A stretch of 64,000 bases of DNA, taken from IMG/VR virus record IMGVR_UViG_3300031111_000007, positions 64,001-128,000 of that record, one strand, 5' to 3'. This stretch comes from a virus. Taxonomy: Duplodnaviria > Heunggongvirae > Uroviricota > Caudoviricetes. Position 1 is the stretch's first letter; the number at the start of each line of letters is the position of its first letter. Under the pieces are notes generated by a model. The model had not been told where the DNA came from and searched no databases. It was given only the letters and a program-made list of their open reading frames with translations. The position numbers and the translations under genes are program-made. Shown piece after piece: positions 1 to 9,689 of the stretch.

Positions 1-2266
1 GAGTATTTGTATATAAATTATGATCAATACCCCATTCTGCACTTGGAGCAGCAGAAGTAGAAGTAATGGTATATGTAATACCCGGATTAGTCGTTTCACC
101 AGCTATAGATACAATACCTCTATAGGATTCATTGAATGTTAATTGAACAGTTGAAGAATCTATAATCTGAATACTCTCAGGCACTATCATTCTAGCATTA
201 TCAGCATTCAAACCAATAAAAACCCAAGGTTGAACTAATAAATTTTCTGTATTTAATTCATGGGTTACTGTCCATATCTTAGATGCAAATTGTTGAAAAT
301 AAGATACTGTATTTACTCCACCAACACCAGAACCACCACCAGAAAGAAATCTTGATCCTGTAAAAAATGTATTAAAAAATCCATTTGCTTGATTAGAATA
401 TAATGGTACAGAATCACCAACCCTGTCAACTGTCCCTAATGGAGCAATCAATTCTTCATAATGAGCATATTTCATTGATGGTCTAACATACTCAAAGTTT
501 CTATATAATTCCGTGATTACATTCTCACTAATAATTGTCGAATCACCAAAAATATCACCCAAAGGTTCAGTAGATAAATCAATTTGAACTTTATAATGTG
601 GTGTAAGAACTGGATTCCCTGAAGCAGCAACTGTTCTCGTATAATTTATGTCTTTTACATATAAATCATAGATTGTACCATACCATCTACCATGTCCTGT
701 TTCTCTAATTGCATTGAGAAAATAAAGATTAGAATATGTATCGACATCTGTTAATGGATTTATGGAAATACTTTCAACCAAATCCTCAGTCCATTTTCTC
801 TCACGATCAAATATAGTAGCACTTAGTGTTGTACCCGTTCTTGTTATGACAACATAATATGGTTTGTTTGCTGCATATGCAAATGTAGTATCAGCATAAT
901 TTACCCTTACTCCACTTTCATATTCAGAAAGTCTAAAATATCTATTTCCTGTGGATTCTCTACCAAATCTCAATGAAAGAAAATCACCTGTCATATCTGA
1001 CATTTGAGCTACTTCATTTGCTAATCCCCAAAATACCAAATTACTCGCACCAGAAGTGGACACATCCATTTCAATACCAATAGAATGAGTAAAATCACCA
1101 CTATAATTACCACCACTAAGATACATTACGGCTGTTGATGTTCTCTGTGGATCATAACCAGTTACTTCTATTGTTTCGCCTGTTATTTGACCAATCGAAC
1201 AATTCAAATTCTCATATGCTGAAACTAGAAAATTTTCAGCAGTACCTAACTGCCAAGTAAATGTACCACAAGAATCTGGTTGTGTCAATGTATGTATAGG
1301 ATAATTTACAGGATTGTATTGTGAGTAATACTGATCACCAGCACCACCACTTGGTTGTATTCCATAAAATTCTAAGAAATGATGATCTTCAAATACATCC
1401 TTTATATCACCAAATGCTTGATCTAATGTTACAGTACACCATTCACCCCATCTTTCATATACATTAAGTTTGTTTTGAGTATTCTGCATGAATACTTTCC
1501 ATATAATATAAAGAGCATTATATGTTCCTATTCTCTTTAGAAAATAAGGTAAGTTTTCAACCCATTCCCTTAATGATATTTCATTCAATATAGCTTCTGA
1601 AATTTCGATACCGTATATCTGTGCAATATAAGCAATCCATCTCAGATCAATTTCTCTAGCATCCAGCATAGACCAGAAATGTTTGGTCATACTATACATC
1701 TCATGATGAACCTGATCCCAATATACTTTCAACCATTCAGTCATGTTAACAGTCTGATTATGTTCAGGTAGACCATTAAGAGTAAAATCTTTCAGTCCTT
1801 CAAATTCAATTGCATATTGATTTGGTCCACTAGGCCAAATCTTACCAAAAAATAGAAATGTTTTCTCTTGATTACAGTAATCATGATATGCATTATCTTG
1901 TGTAGGTCTTGCTAACCAGAAATGAAAGAATGAATCTTTTCGGAAGTAAAAATCGTTACCTATACCAAAGGCACTCAATTCAGCAGAAGTAGTAGAAGTT
2001 TCTAATGTATCAATCTGAAAATTAGATTCCAAACCGGCATATGTCATTTTAAATTTATTACCTGTTATAGAATCAATAATAAATCTGTGACCAACATATC
2101 CTCTTGTTGGATGATCTTCATATAAAATAGTATATAGACCACCATCTGCAACAACGGTCTTATTTGGTCCTATCAAATATGATTTATCTGTACCTGTTCT
2201 TGTAGCTACTAAAATATCAAAATACTTCTTTAACAAATAGTAATTAGGGTCTGAAAATTTCCCCAT
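1..2266 (-). CDS. Baseplate wedge protein (gp7-like/tail protein I-like), runs off window start
   Basis: Not in the ORF track; ATG at 2266 (MGKFSDPNYYLLKKYFD...), read as open to position 1; WIAYIAQIYG...LPYFLKRIGT tail-protein-I-like segment; directly downstream of gp6-like gene. Confidence 0.7.
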   Translation of the reverse strand, partial: MGKFSDPNYYLLKKYFDILVATRTGTDKSYLIGPNKTVVADGGLYTILYEDHPTRGYVGHRFIIDSITGNKFKMTYAGLESNFQIDTLETSTTSAELSAFGIGNDFYFRKDSFFHFWLARPTQDNAYHDYCNQEKTFLFFGKIWPSGPNQYAIEFEGLKDFTLNGLPEHNQTVNMTEWLKVYWDQVHHEMYSMTKHFWSMLDAREIDLRWIAYIAQIYGIEISEAILNEISLREWVENLPYFLKRIGTYNALYIIWKVFMQNTQNKLNVYERWGEWCTVTLDQAFGDIKDVFEDHHFLEFYGIQPSGGAGDQYYSQYNPVNYPIHTLTQPDSCGTFTWQLGTAENFLVSAYENLNCSIGQITGETIEVTGYDPQRTSTAVMYLSGGNYSGDFTHSIGIEMDVSTSGASNLVFWGLANEVAQMSDMTGDFLSLRFGRESTGNRYFRLSEYESGVRVNYADTTFAYAANKPYYVVITRTGTTLSATIFDRERKWTEDLVESISINPLTDVDTYSNLYFLNAIRETGHGRWYGTIYDLYVKDINYTRTVAASGNPVLTPHYKVQIDLSTEPLGDIFGDSTIISENVITELYRNFEYVRPSMKYAHYEELIAPLGTVDRVGDSVPLYSNQANGFFNTFFTGSRFLSGGGSGVGGVNTVSYFQQFASKIWTVTHELNTENLLVQPWVFIGLNADNARMIVPESIQIIDSSTVQLTFNESYRGIVSIAGETTNPGITYTITSTSAAPSAEWGIDHNLYTNT

Positions 2267-2267
2267 A

Positions 2268-2753
2268 TTATTTTTCCTCTTTAATTTCTTCCTGATTCTC
2301 TAGTATTCTTATCATCATGTTTATAAGTGTTTCCTTTGCTGTATCCACTTTATCAAATGTTGCCATTCTGTAATCATGTATCGATTTTTGAAGCATTCTT
2401 ATTTGATCCCTTGAAAAATCATCTGTTTTTGTTACTCTCTGATGAATTATACCATCCATTTCTTTTCTTTCTTGAATCTCATCAGTTAAATTTTTTGTTA
2501 CACTTGTTACTTTTTGAGAATTAACACTTATCATTGTATCATGTGAAAATACAGCAGTTGTACACCAAACAGCCCATGCTAAAATAAAACCAAAAAGAGA
2601 AGAAGATAATAACTTTTTCCAACTAAATTTTCTAACAACTTTATATCCACCATTTCCATCTGTTACAACTTCAGGTTCAGAATATAAAGCATGGATAGAA
2701 CCTTTATCAGCATCTTCTATTTTATCTTCTTTTCTTCTTCTATATTCATTCAT
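2268..2753 (-). CDS. Hypothetical membrane protein (1 TM + coiled coil)
   Basis: Hydrophobic LLSSSLFGFILAWAVWCTTAVF followed by charged helical region. Confidence 0.6.
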   Translation of the reverse strand: MNEYRRRKEDKIEDADKGSIHALYSEPEVVTDGNGGYKVVRKFSWKKLLSSSLFGFILAWAVWCTTAVFSHDTMISVNSQKVTSVTKNLTDEIQERKEMDGIIHQRVTKTDDFSRDQIRMLQKSIHDYRMATFDKVDTAKETLINMMIRILENQEEIKEEK

Positions 2754-4468
2754 TATGTTTCCTCCACTATTCTTACGGTATCAGATGAAAGATAAGGAAA
2801 CTGATTTAACCCTAGCTGTATAGGTCTTAACATGTTATATCTATCATTCCAAGGAGCAGCAGTCCATTTCGGATATAAATTAGAATTATCAGGATTAACA
2901 TTATATTCATAAACCGTCTTATTCACATTGATATCTCTTATATTTAGATTTCTTATACCTTTGATATAAGTAAAATTATCACTTGGTGAAACTTCAGTTG
3001 TATCGATTAAATACTCAGTAATATCATTAAAGTCTATCTCACTATTGAATGTCTGGTTATCTGCTCTAAAATAATAAATCAATTTATTCAAAACATCTTG
3101 TTGAATATCAGTAAAGTCATAAATTCTCTTTTTTCTAATACCAATTTCAAATGAAAAATAAACCAAATCAGGAACTTCCATTATTTCATATGCACAAAGC
3201 ATCTTTCTTGGTCTTAAATAAAGAAGCAACTCATCTTCCCACGATGATGAATATTGTGTAGGAACTAAAGTACTTCCCGTTGATCCCCAATCAGTAATAA
3301 GTGAACCTGCTGATGTTTGAATTGTAGAGTTTCCATATGATTGTGGTATAACACTGATATGAACAACATTATATTCCTCTGGATTACCAGCACCTGATGG
3401 AACTAAATCCTGTTCTCCATAAGCGTTAGCCTTTACAACGTCTGATCTTGCTGAAAGATATGAGTTATATGCATTAGCATTAACGTCCCTAAATTGCGCT
3501 CTAAGAGCCGATTGTGCATTGAATCTAATCTCACTAATAGTCTCAGCGGCAGCAGCACCAATACTCGCAGCACTCAATGATATAGTAATTAGGTCATTAT
3601 TAATATATGATGTTGTAATACCCCTTGTTTGTTCAATCAATTCATCACTTTCAATAACCCATGTTTCATCTACATCAGCACCAATACTTCCATTAGTACC
3701 TAAACTATCAAGTGTCGTAATTGATATTACATCAGTATCGATAGGAACATTTCTACCAGAATTAAAGACAATTTTATTTCTTCTATATCTATCATAAATA
3801 AACATATATACATCATCAGAATTAGGAGTGATTACATCCAAATAAAAATCTGATAGTCTTGTCCATTCCGTATCATTGATAGTAACCCTTATGCTTGGAT
3901 AATCATCTGAAAGATCATCATCATATCCATATTCAGTAGGCAAAATTAATTCATTATCAATCAGATCATCCCCTGTATAACCTGTTAGTGTAACTACTTC
4001 TCCTTGCCTAATAGGAACATCAATATATGTCCATCCACCATTTGCTGTTACTTGAATAGCAGCAGTAGTAGCAAACAATATCTCATTTCCATCTGTATCT
4101 GTTCTACCTGAATTTAATTGTTTCCAAGGCAATACTCTAAGTACATCACCAGCTTGTGTTCCCGAAACACCTATCTGAACAGTACATCTCGCTGATCGTA
4201 TCCCTTTAGGTTCATAACCTTGTTGTCTTGCCAATCTGTTTGCTGCCTCATAAACATCAGCCGTTTCAAGAAATGTGTTTTTAGCTATTTTATTTATGAA
4301 AAATGTGTTTAACTCACTTACATAAGCATTCAATTCCATAAGAATTGAAATATTTGCTCCTTCAAAATCATAATCTTTGAAGACATCACTATTTCTAAGT
4401 TCTGTTTTGAATTTCTCTATCAAACTAATAAAATCAATTGATAGATAATCAGGGGTGAAATCTGCCAT
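2753..4468 (-). CDS. gp6: Baseplate wedge subunit, T4 gp6-like
   Basis: N-terminal DFxSLIEKFK...DYDFEGANISILMELNAY...FLETA...NRLARQQGYEP typical of gp6; next to gp25. Confidence 0.9.
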   Translation of the reverse strand: MADFTPDYLSIDFISLIEKFKTELRNSDVFKDYDFEGANISILMELNAYVSELNTFFINKIAKNTFLETADVYEAANRLARQQGYEPKGIRSARCTVQIGVSGTQAGDVLRVLPWKQLNSGRTDTDGNEILFATTAAIQVTANGGWTYIDVPIRQGEVVTLTGYTGDDLIDNELILPTEYGYDDDLSDDYPSIRVTINDTEWTRLSDFYLDVITPNSDDVYMFIYDRYRRNKIVFNSGRNVPIDTDVISITTLDSLGTNGSIGADVDETWVIESDELIEQTRGITTSYINNDLITISLSAASIGAAAAETISEIRFNAQSALRAQFRDVNANAYNSYLSARSDVVKANAYGEQDLVPSGAGNPEEYNVVHISVIPQSYGNSTIQTSAGSLITDWGSTGSTLVPTQYSSSWEDELLLYLRPRKMLCAYEIMEVPDLVYFSFEIGIRKKRIYDFTDIQQDVLNKLIYYFRADNQTFNSEIDFNDITEYLIDTTEVSPSDNFTYIKGIRNLNIRDINVNKTVYEYNVNPDNSNLYPKWTAAPWNDRYNMLRPIQLGLNQFPYLSSDTVRIVEET

Positions 4469-4477
4469 AATAACTCC

Positions 4478-4855
4478 TTATCTCGTTAATATAAAATCTA
4501 CTGCTTCAACTGTATCACTATTCTCTATAGTAAATTTTAATCTACATTTATATATATTCTCATCATATCGTGGTTGAATATCAAAACCCGTTATGTTAAT
4601 TCTCGTTTCCCAAACTCTAATTGCATCCAATAAACTTTCCGCAATCATTCTTGCTGTAGTAGCATCTATTGGTTCAAAGAGAAGTTGTTTAACATTACCA
4701 GCAAATGTAGGTAACATTCTTCTTTCTCCTTGTGTTGTCAGTACTATATTCTCAATACTATTAAATATAGCATCTATATCACCATCTTTTTGAACGTCAC
4801 CATCTGACTGTCTTACAAACGATCCATCATAATCACTGTAATAATAATCTGCCAT
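4478..4855 (-). CDS. gp25: Baseplate wedge subunit, gp25-like
   Basis: AIFNSIENIVLTTQGERRMLPTFAG...LLFEP...IRVWETRI motif. Confidence 0.9.
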   Translation of the reverse strand: MADYYYSDYDGSFVRQSDGDVQKDGDIDAIFNSIENIVLTTQGERRMLPTFAGNVKQLLFEPIDATTARMIAESLLDAIRVWETRINITGFDIQPRYDENIYKCRLKFTIENSDTVEAVDFILTR

Positions 4856-4856
4856 A

Positions 4857-5237
4857 TTACTTCCTCTTTGGGTTAATAATTATTGTATCTAACTTTCTAC
4901 TCTTATTTATCTTTTCTACATTAGGTTTATGAGGCTTTTCATCAAAAATCATAACACATTCTGTTTCCTCTCTGCATTTTTTATTATAGAGTATTCGTGT
5001 CTTATTTTTGATATAATACTGTCTATTATATTCTTTTATATTGTCTTTGTTTTTCTCTTTATATCTGAGAACACAATTTTTTTGGATGGAACTGCCTTTG
5101 GAGGATTGTCTATATCTCTTATTATAAAGTCTCATGCAGTCCTTACAATAAAGATTTTTACCATCAGGTCTTCTTGACTGCTTTCCAAACTTACTTAATT
5201 TCCTATTCCTTCCACAACCTTTACATATCTTTTTCAT
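4857..5237 (-). CDS. Zn-finger basic protein resembling the N-terminus of phage HNH endonucleases; no catalytic HNH seen
   Basis: CKGC...PDGKNLYCKDC then K/R/Y-rich helix. Confidence 0.5.
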   Translation of the reverse strand: MKKICKGCGRNRKLSKFGKQSRRPDGKNLYCKDCMRLYNKRYRQSSKGSSIQKNCVLRYKEKNKDNIKEYNRQYYIKNKTRILYNKKCREETECVMIFDEKPHKPNVEKINKSRKLDTIIINPKRK

Positions 5238-5409
5238 AACCTTTCTTATGTTTCTTTTTCCTGTTATACTTCTTCTTATCTTTCATTGGACCACCAGTAG
5301 GGGGAGTAGGTATTCTAATACCTTTCTTTTGATCCATTACATCAGAATCAATTTTGATCTTGAATTTCTTTTTCTTTTTTCCTTCTTCTATATAGTCTTT
5401 GAATTTCAT
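5221..5409 (-). CDS. Small basic protein with MKFKDYIEE leader (putative internal head protein)
   Basis: Lys-rich; leader shared with several ORFs in the window. Confidence 0.55.
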   Translation of the reverse strand: MKFKDYIEEGKKKKKFKIKIDSDVMDQKKGIRIPTPPTGGPMKDKKKYNRKKKHKKGYEKDM

Positions 5410-5624
5410 TTTTTTAATCCTGTTGCTCCTTTACCTTTCTTCCAACCCTGCTTCGCTCTAAGTGCAAAGAGAAGTTCTCCCATCTTCTCTTTGTTTCCGG
5501 GTTTACCTCTTAATGCTGCTATCTCTTTCTTGAGCTTGGCTATCGTCTTGTCTTCATGTTCACCTGTATGTTCAATTTCTACCTTTTTATTCCATTTCTC
5601 ATTTATCCACTGTAAGAATCTCAT
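5406..5624 (-). CDS. Small basic hypothetical protein (MRFLQWINE leader)
   Basis: Overlaps neighbour, operon context. Confidence 0.55.
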   Translation of the reverse strand: MRFLQWINEKWNKKVEIEHTGEHEDKTIAKLKKEIAALRGKPGNKEKMGELLFALRAKQGWKKGKGATGLKK

Positions 5625-5633
5625 ATTCCCTCC

Positions 5634-7547
5634 TTATGCTATATCTTTTGCTTTTATTCTCATCTTACCACCTTTAGCTAAAGAAACAAAATCAGATACT
5701 CTGTTAGGATTAAACCCACAAGCATTAGGACATTTTCTACAATCACCCTTTCCATCCATTGCACAGCATAATTTAGTAAGTATTTTATTCCAATTTTCTT
5801 TAGGATTAGCTTCTTTCATACCTTCTATTGCTTGCTTCCATCCTACAGAACCCGGACTCATATCTACATACACATCTTTATTCTTCATACGGCTACCTCT
5901 TGAACTAAAATGTAATAGAGTAATAACATCAACATCAGGGTCTTTAGAATATTCAATTGCCTGTTTTGGATTTAAAGCAACAACTCTAATATTAACATTA
6001 CCCGGATATTTTCTTTTCAATCTTTTAGCATTTATTAATTTAAATCCTCTTTGTTCATCTACTGACATGTTTATATGAAAAACTGGTTTACCTTTTAATG
6101 GACCTTCTTCAAATACTCTGCCCCCATATTTAGTAACAAACTTTTCTTGTTTAGTAATAGCTTTAAGTTGTAAACCAACTTTTGCAGCATCCTTTATTAT
6201 TTTTTCTATTTGTTGATCTGTTGCTTGATCTTCAATATAATCACCAGAAGAAAAAAACCTCAATCCACCCATTCTATTGAGAGTTTCTACATTTTTTTTA
6301 CCAACACCTGTTAAGACAAAATTACCGTCTTTGTCTCTCATGGGTTGTCCTTTATCCTTCTTTATCCATTTTTTAAATGTACCTTGATATACTTGACCTT
6401 CTTTTTCTTCTTTACCAAATAGAAAATTCGGATTTTTTTCTTGTGCTTCCCTTCCTTGTTCAACATAACAATACGCACAAGTAGGATTATTAGCATCTGT
6501 AATCTTCAAACTATCTTTTCTTTTTCTCAATCTTGATATAGTAGATTCACTTGCACCCATATCAATTGCATCTTGTAAATCTTTTGCAGCCTTTCCATAT
6601 TCTTCTCTCATCTCCTTGAGTTTCATTCTCTTAGGACAAACTGTTGATAAGTCAATTGATTTCCATGTTTTATCATTATTTTCATATGCAGACCATTGCT
6701 TAATACATCCATTTATTTCTGTTGTACTATTATATTGCTTGGCTTTAATAAGAAGTAGCATTTCAAGATATCCATCTTCATTTTTAAAATGACCATCAAC
6801 ATATTTTTTTCTTACAATAGCCATTAATTTTTGAGTTAATGTATCTTTACTTTTAAGAAGACTATCTTCAAGACTTTCAAGGCTTTTAAATTTTCTAAAA
6901 GTTTCATTTCTTACTCTTAATGCTTCTTTTTTCTTTTCTTCTTCCTGCTTCATCATTGCTATAACATCTTTAGCAAATTTCTGTTTTTCTTTATACCCCT
7001 TTAAACTATCAGCATATATTTCTTTTGGTTTTTTTCTACCTGCACCAGCATCTCTACCCCAACCTTCCTCACCTATTTTTGCTTCCATACCATGTAAAAT
7101 ATATTTAATAACAAAAGATTTTTTACCTAATTCATCTAAGTCATGAAAAACTTTTCTTGATTTTTTTGTAATATCTTTATAAGCCGCTTCTACTTCTTTA
7201 TCCCAATCAGATTTCGGACTCATTTTCTTGGAATCTTTGAAAGCAGTATTTTTCTCTTTTTCTTCTTTACCCATCCAAGATTGAAATTTTCTTGGTTCTT
7301 TTATTTTAGACATTTCCTCTGAATCAGATTCTATATCTTCATTGATCAAATCTCTCAATAAAGAAAAATGATTTATTTCATCTTCACTCAAACCATTAGT
7401 TACATCATAATACTCACCTTCTACTAATGGATTTTCAAAAAACAACCAAGTATTCTCACCTAAAATAGTATCATCCAATGCTTTTGCTTGATTAAACAAC
7501 AATGCTTCATCAATTTCATTTTTAGATATAAAACTCTTTAATCTCAT
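5634..7547 (-). CDS. GP88-like / radical-SAM-like Cys-motif protein with long charged N-terminal region
   Basis: SIDLSTVCP...CAYCY, LRFFSSGD, AITK, INMSVD, C-terminal CC...CRKCPNAC. Confidence 0.5.
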   Translation of the reverse strand: MRLKSFISKNEIDEALLFNQAKALDDTILGENTWLFFENPLVEGEYYDVTNGLSEDEINHFSLLRDLINEDIESDSEEMSKIKEPRKFQSWMGKEEKEKNTAFKDSKKMSPKSDWDKEVEAAYKDITKKSRKVFHDLDELGKKSFVIKYILHGMEAKIGEEGWGRDAGAGRKKPKEIYADSLKGYKEKQKFAKDVIAMMKQEEEKKKEALRVRNETFRKFKSLESLEDSLLKSKDTLTQKLMAIVRKKYVDGHFKNEDGYLEMLLLIKAKQYNSTTEINGCIKQWSAYENNDKTWKSIDLSTVCPKRMKLKEMREEYGKAAKDLQDAIDMGASESTISRLRKRKDSLKITDANNPTCAYCYVEQGREAQEKNPNFLFGKEEKEGQVYQGTFKKWIKKDKGQPMRDKDGNFVLTGVGKKNVETLNRMGGLRFFSSGDYIEDQATDQQIEKIIKDAAKVGLQLKAITKQEKFVTKYGGRVFEEGPLKGKPVFHINMSVDEQRGFKLINAKRLKRKYPGNVNIRVVALNPKQAIEYSKDPDVDVITLLHFSSRGSRMKNKDVYVDMSPGSVGWKQAIEGMKEANPKENWNKILTKLCCAMDGKGDCRKCPNACGFNPNRVSDFVSLAKGGKMRIKAKDIA

Positions 7548-8971
7548 TTTGTGAATCTCCTAATGTAATTTTCTATTTCTTCCTTATCCTCTATATCATT
7601 ATCTAAAATCCATGCTGTTGTCTGAGTAATAACCTTACCCACTTCAGGTCCGGGGTTTAGTCCAGTAAGTCTCATAACATCTTTACCATCAACCATCTTC
7701 ACTTGTTTGTTGACTTGTTTGGCACCAAATTTCTCCTTTACCTTGATTGCTTTATCAACGATTTTTTCAAATTCACCAGCATGTTTGAACATAAATCCTC
7801 TTGCATACTCATCAGCTTTTCCAACAGCTACCAGTACATCCCAATTCTCATCAGAAACGATCTTAGCAATCTTTGATGGTTTCATATCCAGAATCTTGTG
7901 GAACTTCATATGGTTTCCAACAGCAAAGACAAGTGCTTCTTTCTCTTTGTTGCTCATGCGTAATCTATCCGCTATAGCATTAACCAATTCAACTGACTTC
8001 CTTGCATGTCCAAGATATCTAGGTAAACCTTTCTCATGAGATAGGGTTACTCCTTTCCCGACATCATGTAGAAGTATAGCCAGATTTTTAATCGGATCAG
8101 CAGTATCACTCTTTTTAAGTGCTGCCATAACGTGACTATATACCGTACCACCTTGCCCCCTAGTCTCTGGATGATGCTGTAAATTCTCTCTATACCACTT
8201 AAGATTTACTATCTCAGGTAATATATGCTTGAGAAGTTTTAGCTTATCTAACATCTCAATGTACTTCGCAAATTTATCACCACTCTGACCAGCGGATTTT
8301 ATTAACTCATCCTTGATCCTCTCTGGTGGTAATCCTGTTATATTATGAGCTAACTTCTGAGCCGCTTTTTCCGTACCCTTATCAACTTCAAAATCAAGTT
8401 TAGCAGCAAACCTAGCCAACCTCATCATTCTTAGATAATCCTCACCAAACCTCTTATAAGGATCACCTACAGTCTTGAGAACTCTATTCTTTATATCTCG
8501 TTTCCCATCGAAATAATCTACTATCTCACCTTTTGCGTTTATACCCATTGCGTTAATTGTAAAATCCCTTCTCTCAACATCGTCTTTAAATCTACCTGTT
8601 ATTTGAACTGATTCTGGTCTTCTCCCATCAAGATATGTTCCATCTGTTCTAAATTGAGCTACTTCAAAATCGAACCCACCTTGCTTCACTACTACTATAC
8701 CAAAATCCTTGGACTTACCAATGTTATATGTCTTATACATCTTACCAAGTTCTTCCATACTTAAATTAGTTGCAATGTCTATGTCGTGGGGTTTTAAATT
8801 TCCAAGAATAATATCTCTTACACTTCCACCAACTATAAATGCTTTATGTCCAGTTTTTTCAATCTTTTTTAATACATTAACAGCAGCAGATAATTCTTTA
8901 TTCCTTCTGATATATGACTGCCAATCTTTCAACTGTTCTTTTGCTTCTGTTAAATAACGTGTAAATCTCAT
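7544..8971 (-). CDS. cca: CCA-adding tRNA nucleotidyltransferase with HD domain
   Basis: FIVGGSVRD, DIDIAT, DVERRDFTINAM, EDYLRMMRLARF, ERIKDEL, LLHDVGK. Confidence 0.93.
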   Translation of the reverse strand: MRFTRYLTEAKEQLKDWQSYIRRNKELSAAVNVLKKIEKTGHKAFIVGGSVRDIILGNLKPHDIDIATNLSMEELGKMYKTYNIGKSKDFGIVVVKQGGFDFEVAQFRTDGTYLDGRRPESVQITGRFKDDVERRDFTINAMGINAKGEIVDYFDGKRDIKNRVLKTVGDPYKRFGEDYLRMMRLARFAAKLDFEVDKGTEKAAQKLAHNITGLPPERIKDELIKSAGQSGDKFAKYIEMLDKLKLLKHILPEIVNLKWYRENLQHHPETRGQGGTVYSHVMAALKKSDTADPIKNLAILLHDVGKGVTLSHEKGLPRYLGHARKSVELVNAIADRLRMSNKEKEALVFAVGNHMKFHKILDMKPSKIAKIVSDENWDVLVAVGKADEYARGFMFKHAGEFEKIVDKAIKVKEKFGAKQVNKQVKMVDGKDVMRLTGLNPGPEVGKVITQTTAWILDNDIEDKEEIENYIRRFTK

Positions 8972-9678
8972 TAAAAATACCTCTTTGGGTTTACGTTAAC
9001 TGAAAGATCAATTGTATCTGATATTGTCTGTTCTATCTCTGATTGTAAATTATCTACCTTTGTCTGATATGCTTCTACATTAGCTTTTAAATCAGTAGAT
9101 AAATCAGCACAGAATGCATCAACACTAAAACTACCATCAGGTTCAAGTCTTAATTGATCAATAACATCATTCAATCTCGTTTCTATACCAAGTATTTGAT
9201 CTTCATAATCTGGTGTCTTTAAAGCAACACACTCAATTCTCCAATTTACTGCTGTTACTAAATCTTTTATATCTGTAGTTAATCCTCTCACTTTTTGAAA
9301 ATATGTAAAAAGACCACCTTCAGGTAACGTCATAATATCAACTATAAGTTTGGTTCCTTCTTCCATAATACTTGATATATCTTTTAGATATCTCTTTACA
9401 GCAGCAGTAGCTTCATATAAACAATCAGCCGTAAACTGATTTATTGGTTCTAAATCTGTTTTACTCGCACATATAGCTTCAGCCGTAAACTGATTTAATG
9501 CCGTATTTAACGCACTTGGTAATGTAGGAGTAGTAATCGCATCAACAGCAGCATCAAATTGATCTATCGTAGGCTGAATAAAATCAGCAGCATTCTCTAA
9601 AGCTGCCATAGTTTTATTCAATCCATTTATTGTACTCTGATAAGGGTCTAATACTTGATTTCCATTATTACAACTCAT
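8971..9678 (-). CDS. Hypothetical helical protein (baseplate region)
   Basis: 235-aa ORF co-oriented downstream of gp5-like gene. Confidence 0.6.
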   Translation of the reverse strand: MSCNNGNQVLDPYQSTINGLNKTMAALENAADFIQPTIDQFDAAVDAITTPTLPSALNTALNQFTAEAICASKTDLEPINQFTADCLYEATAAVKRYLKDISSIMEEGTKLIVDIMTLPEGGLFTYFQKVRGLTTDIKDLVTAVNWRIECVALKTPDYEDQILGIETRLNDVIDQLRLEPDGSFSVDAFCADLSTDLKANVEAYQTKVDNLQSEIEQTISDTIDLSVNVNPKRYF

Positions 9679-9689
9679 TTATTTCTCCT

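Noticed and set aside
4857-5237. Active homing endonuclease
   Set aside because: Only the Zn-finger/basic N-terminal part is present; no HNH or GIY-YIG catalytic motif
5248-6078. 276-aa plus-strand ORF
   Set aside because: Antisense shadow of three coupled minus-strand genes; Phe/Leu/Ser-rich with no motifs
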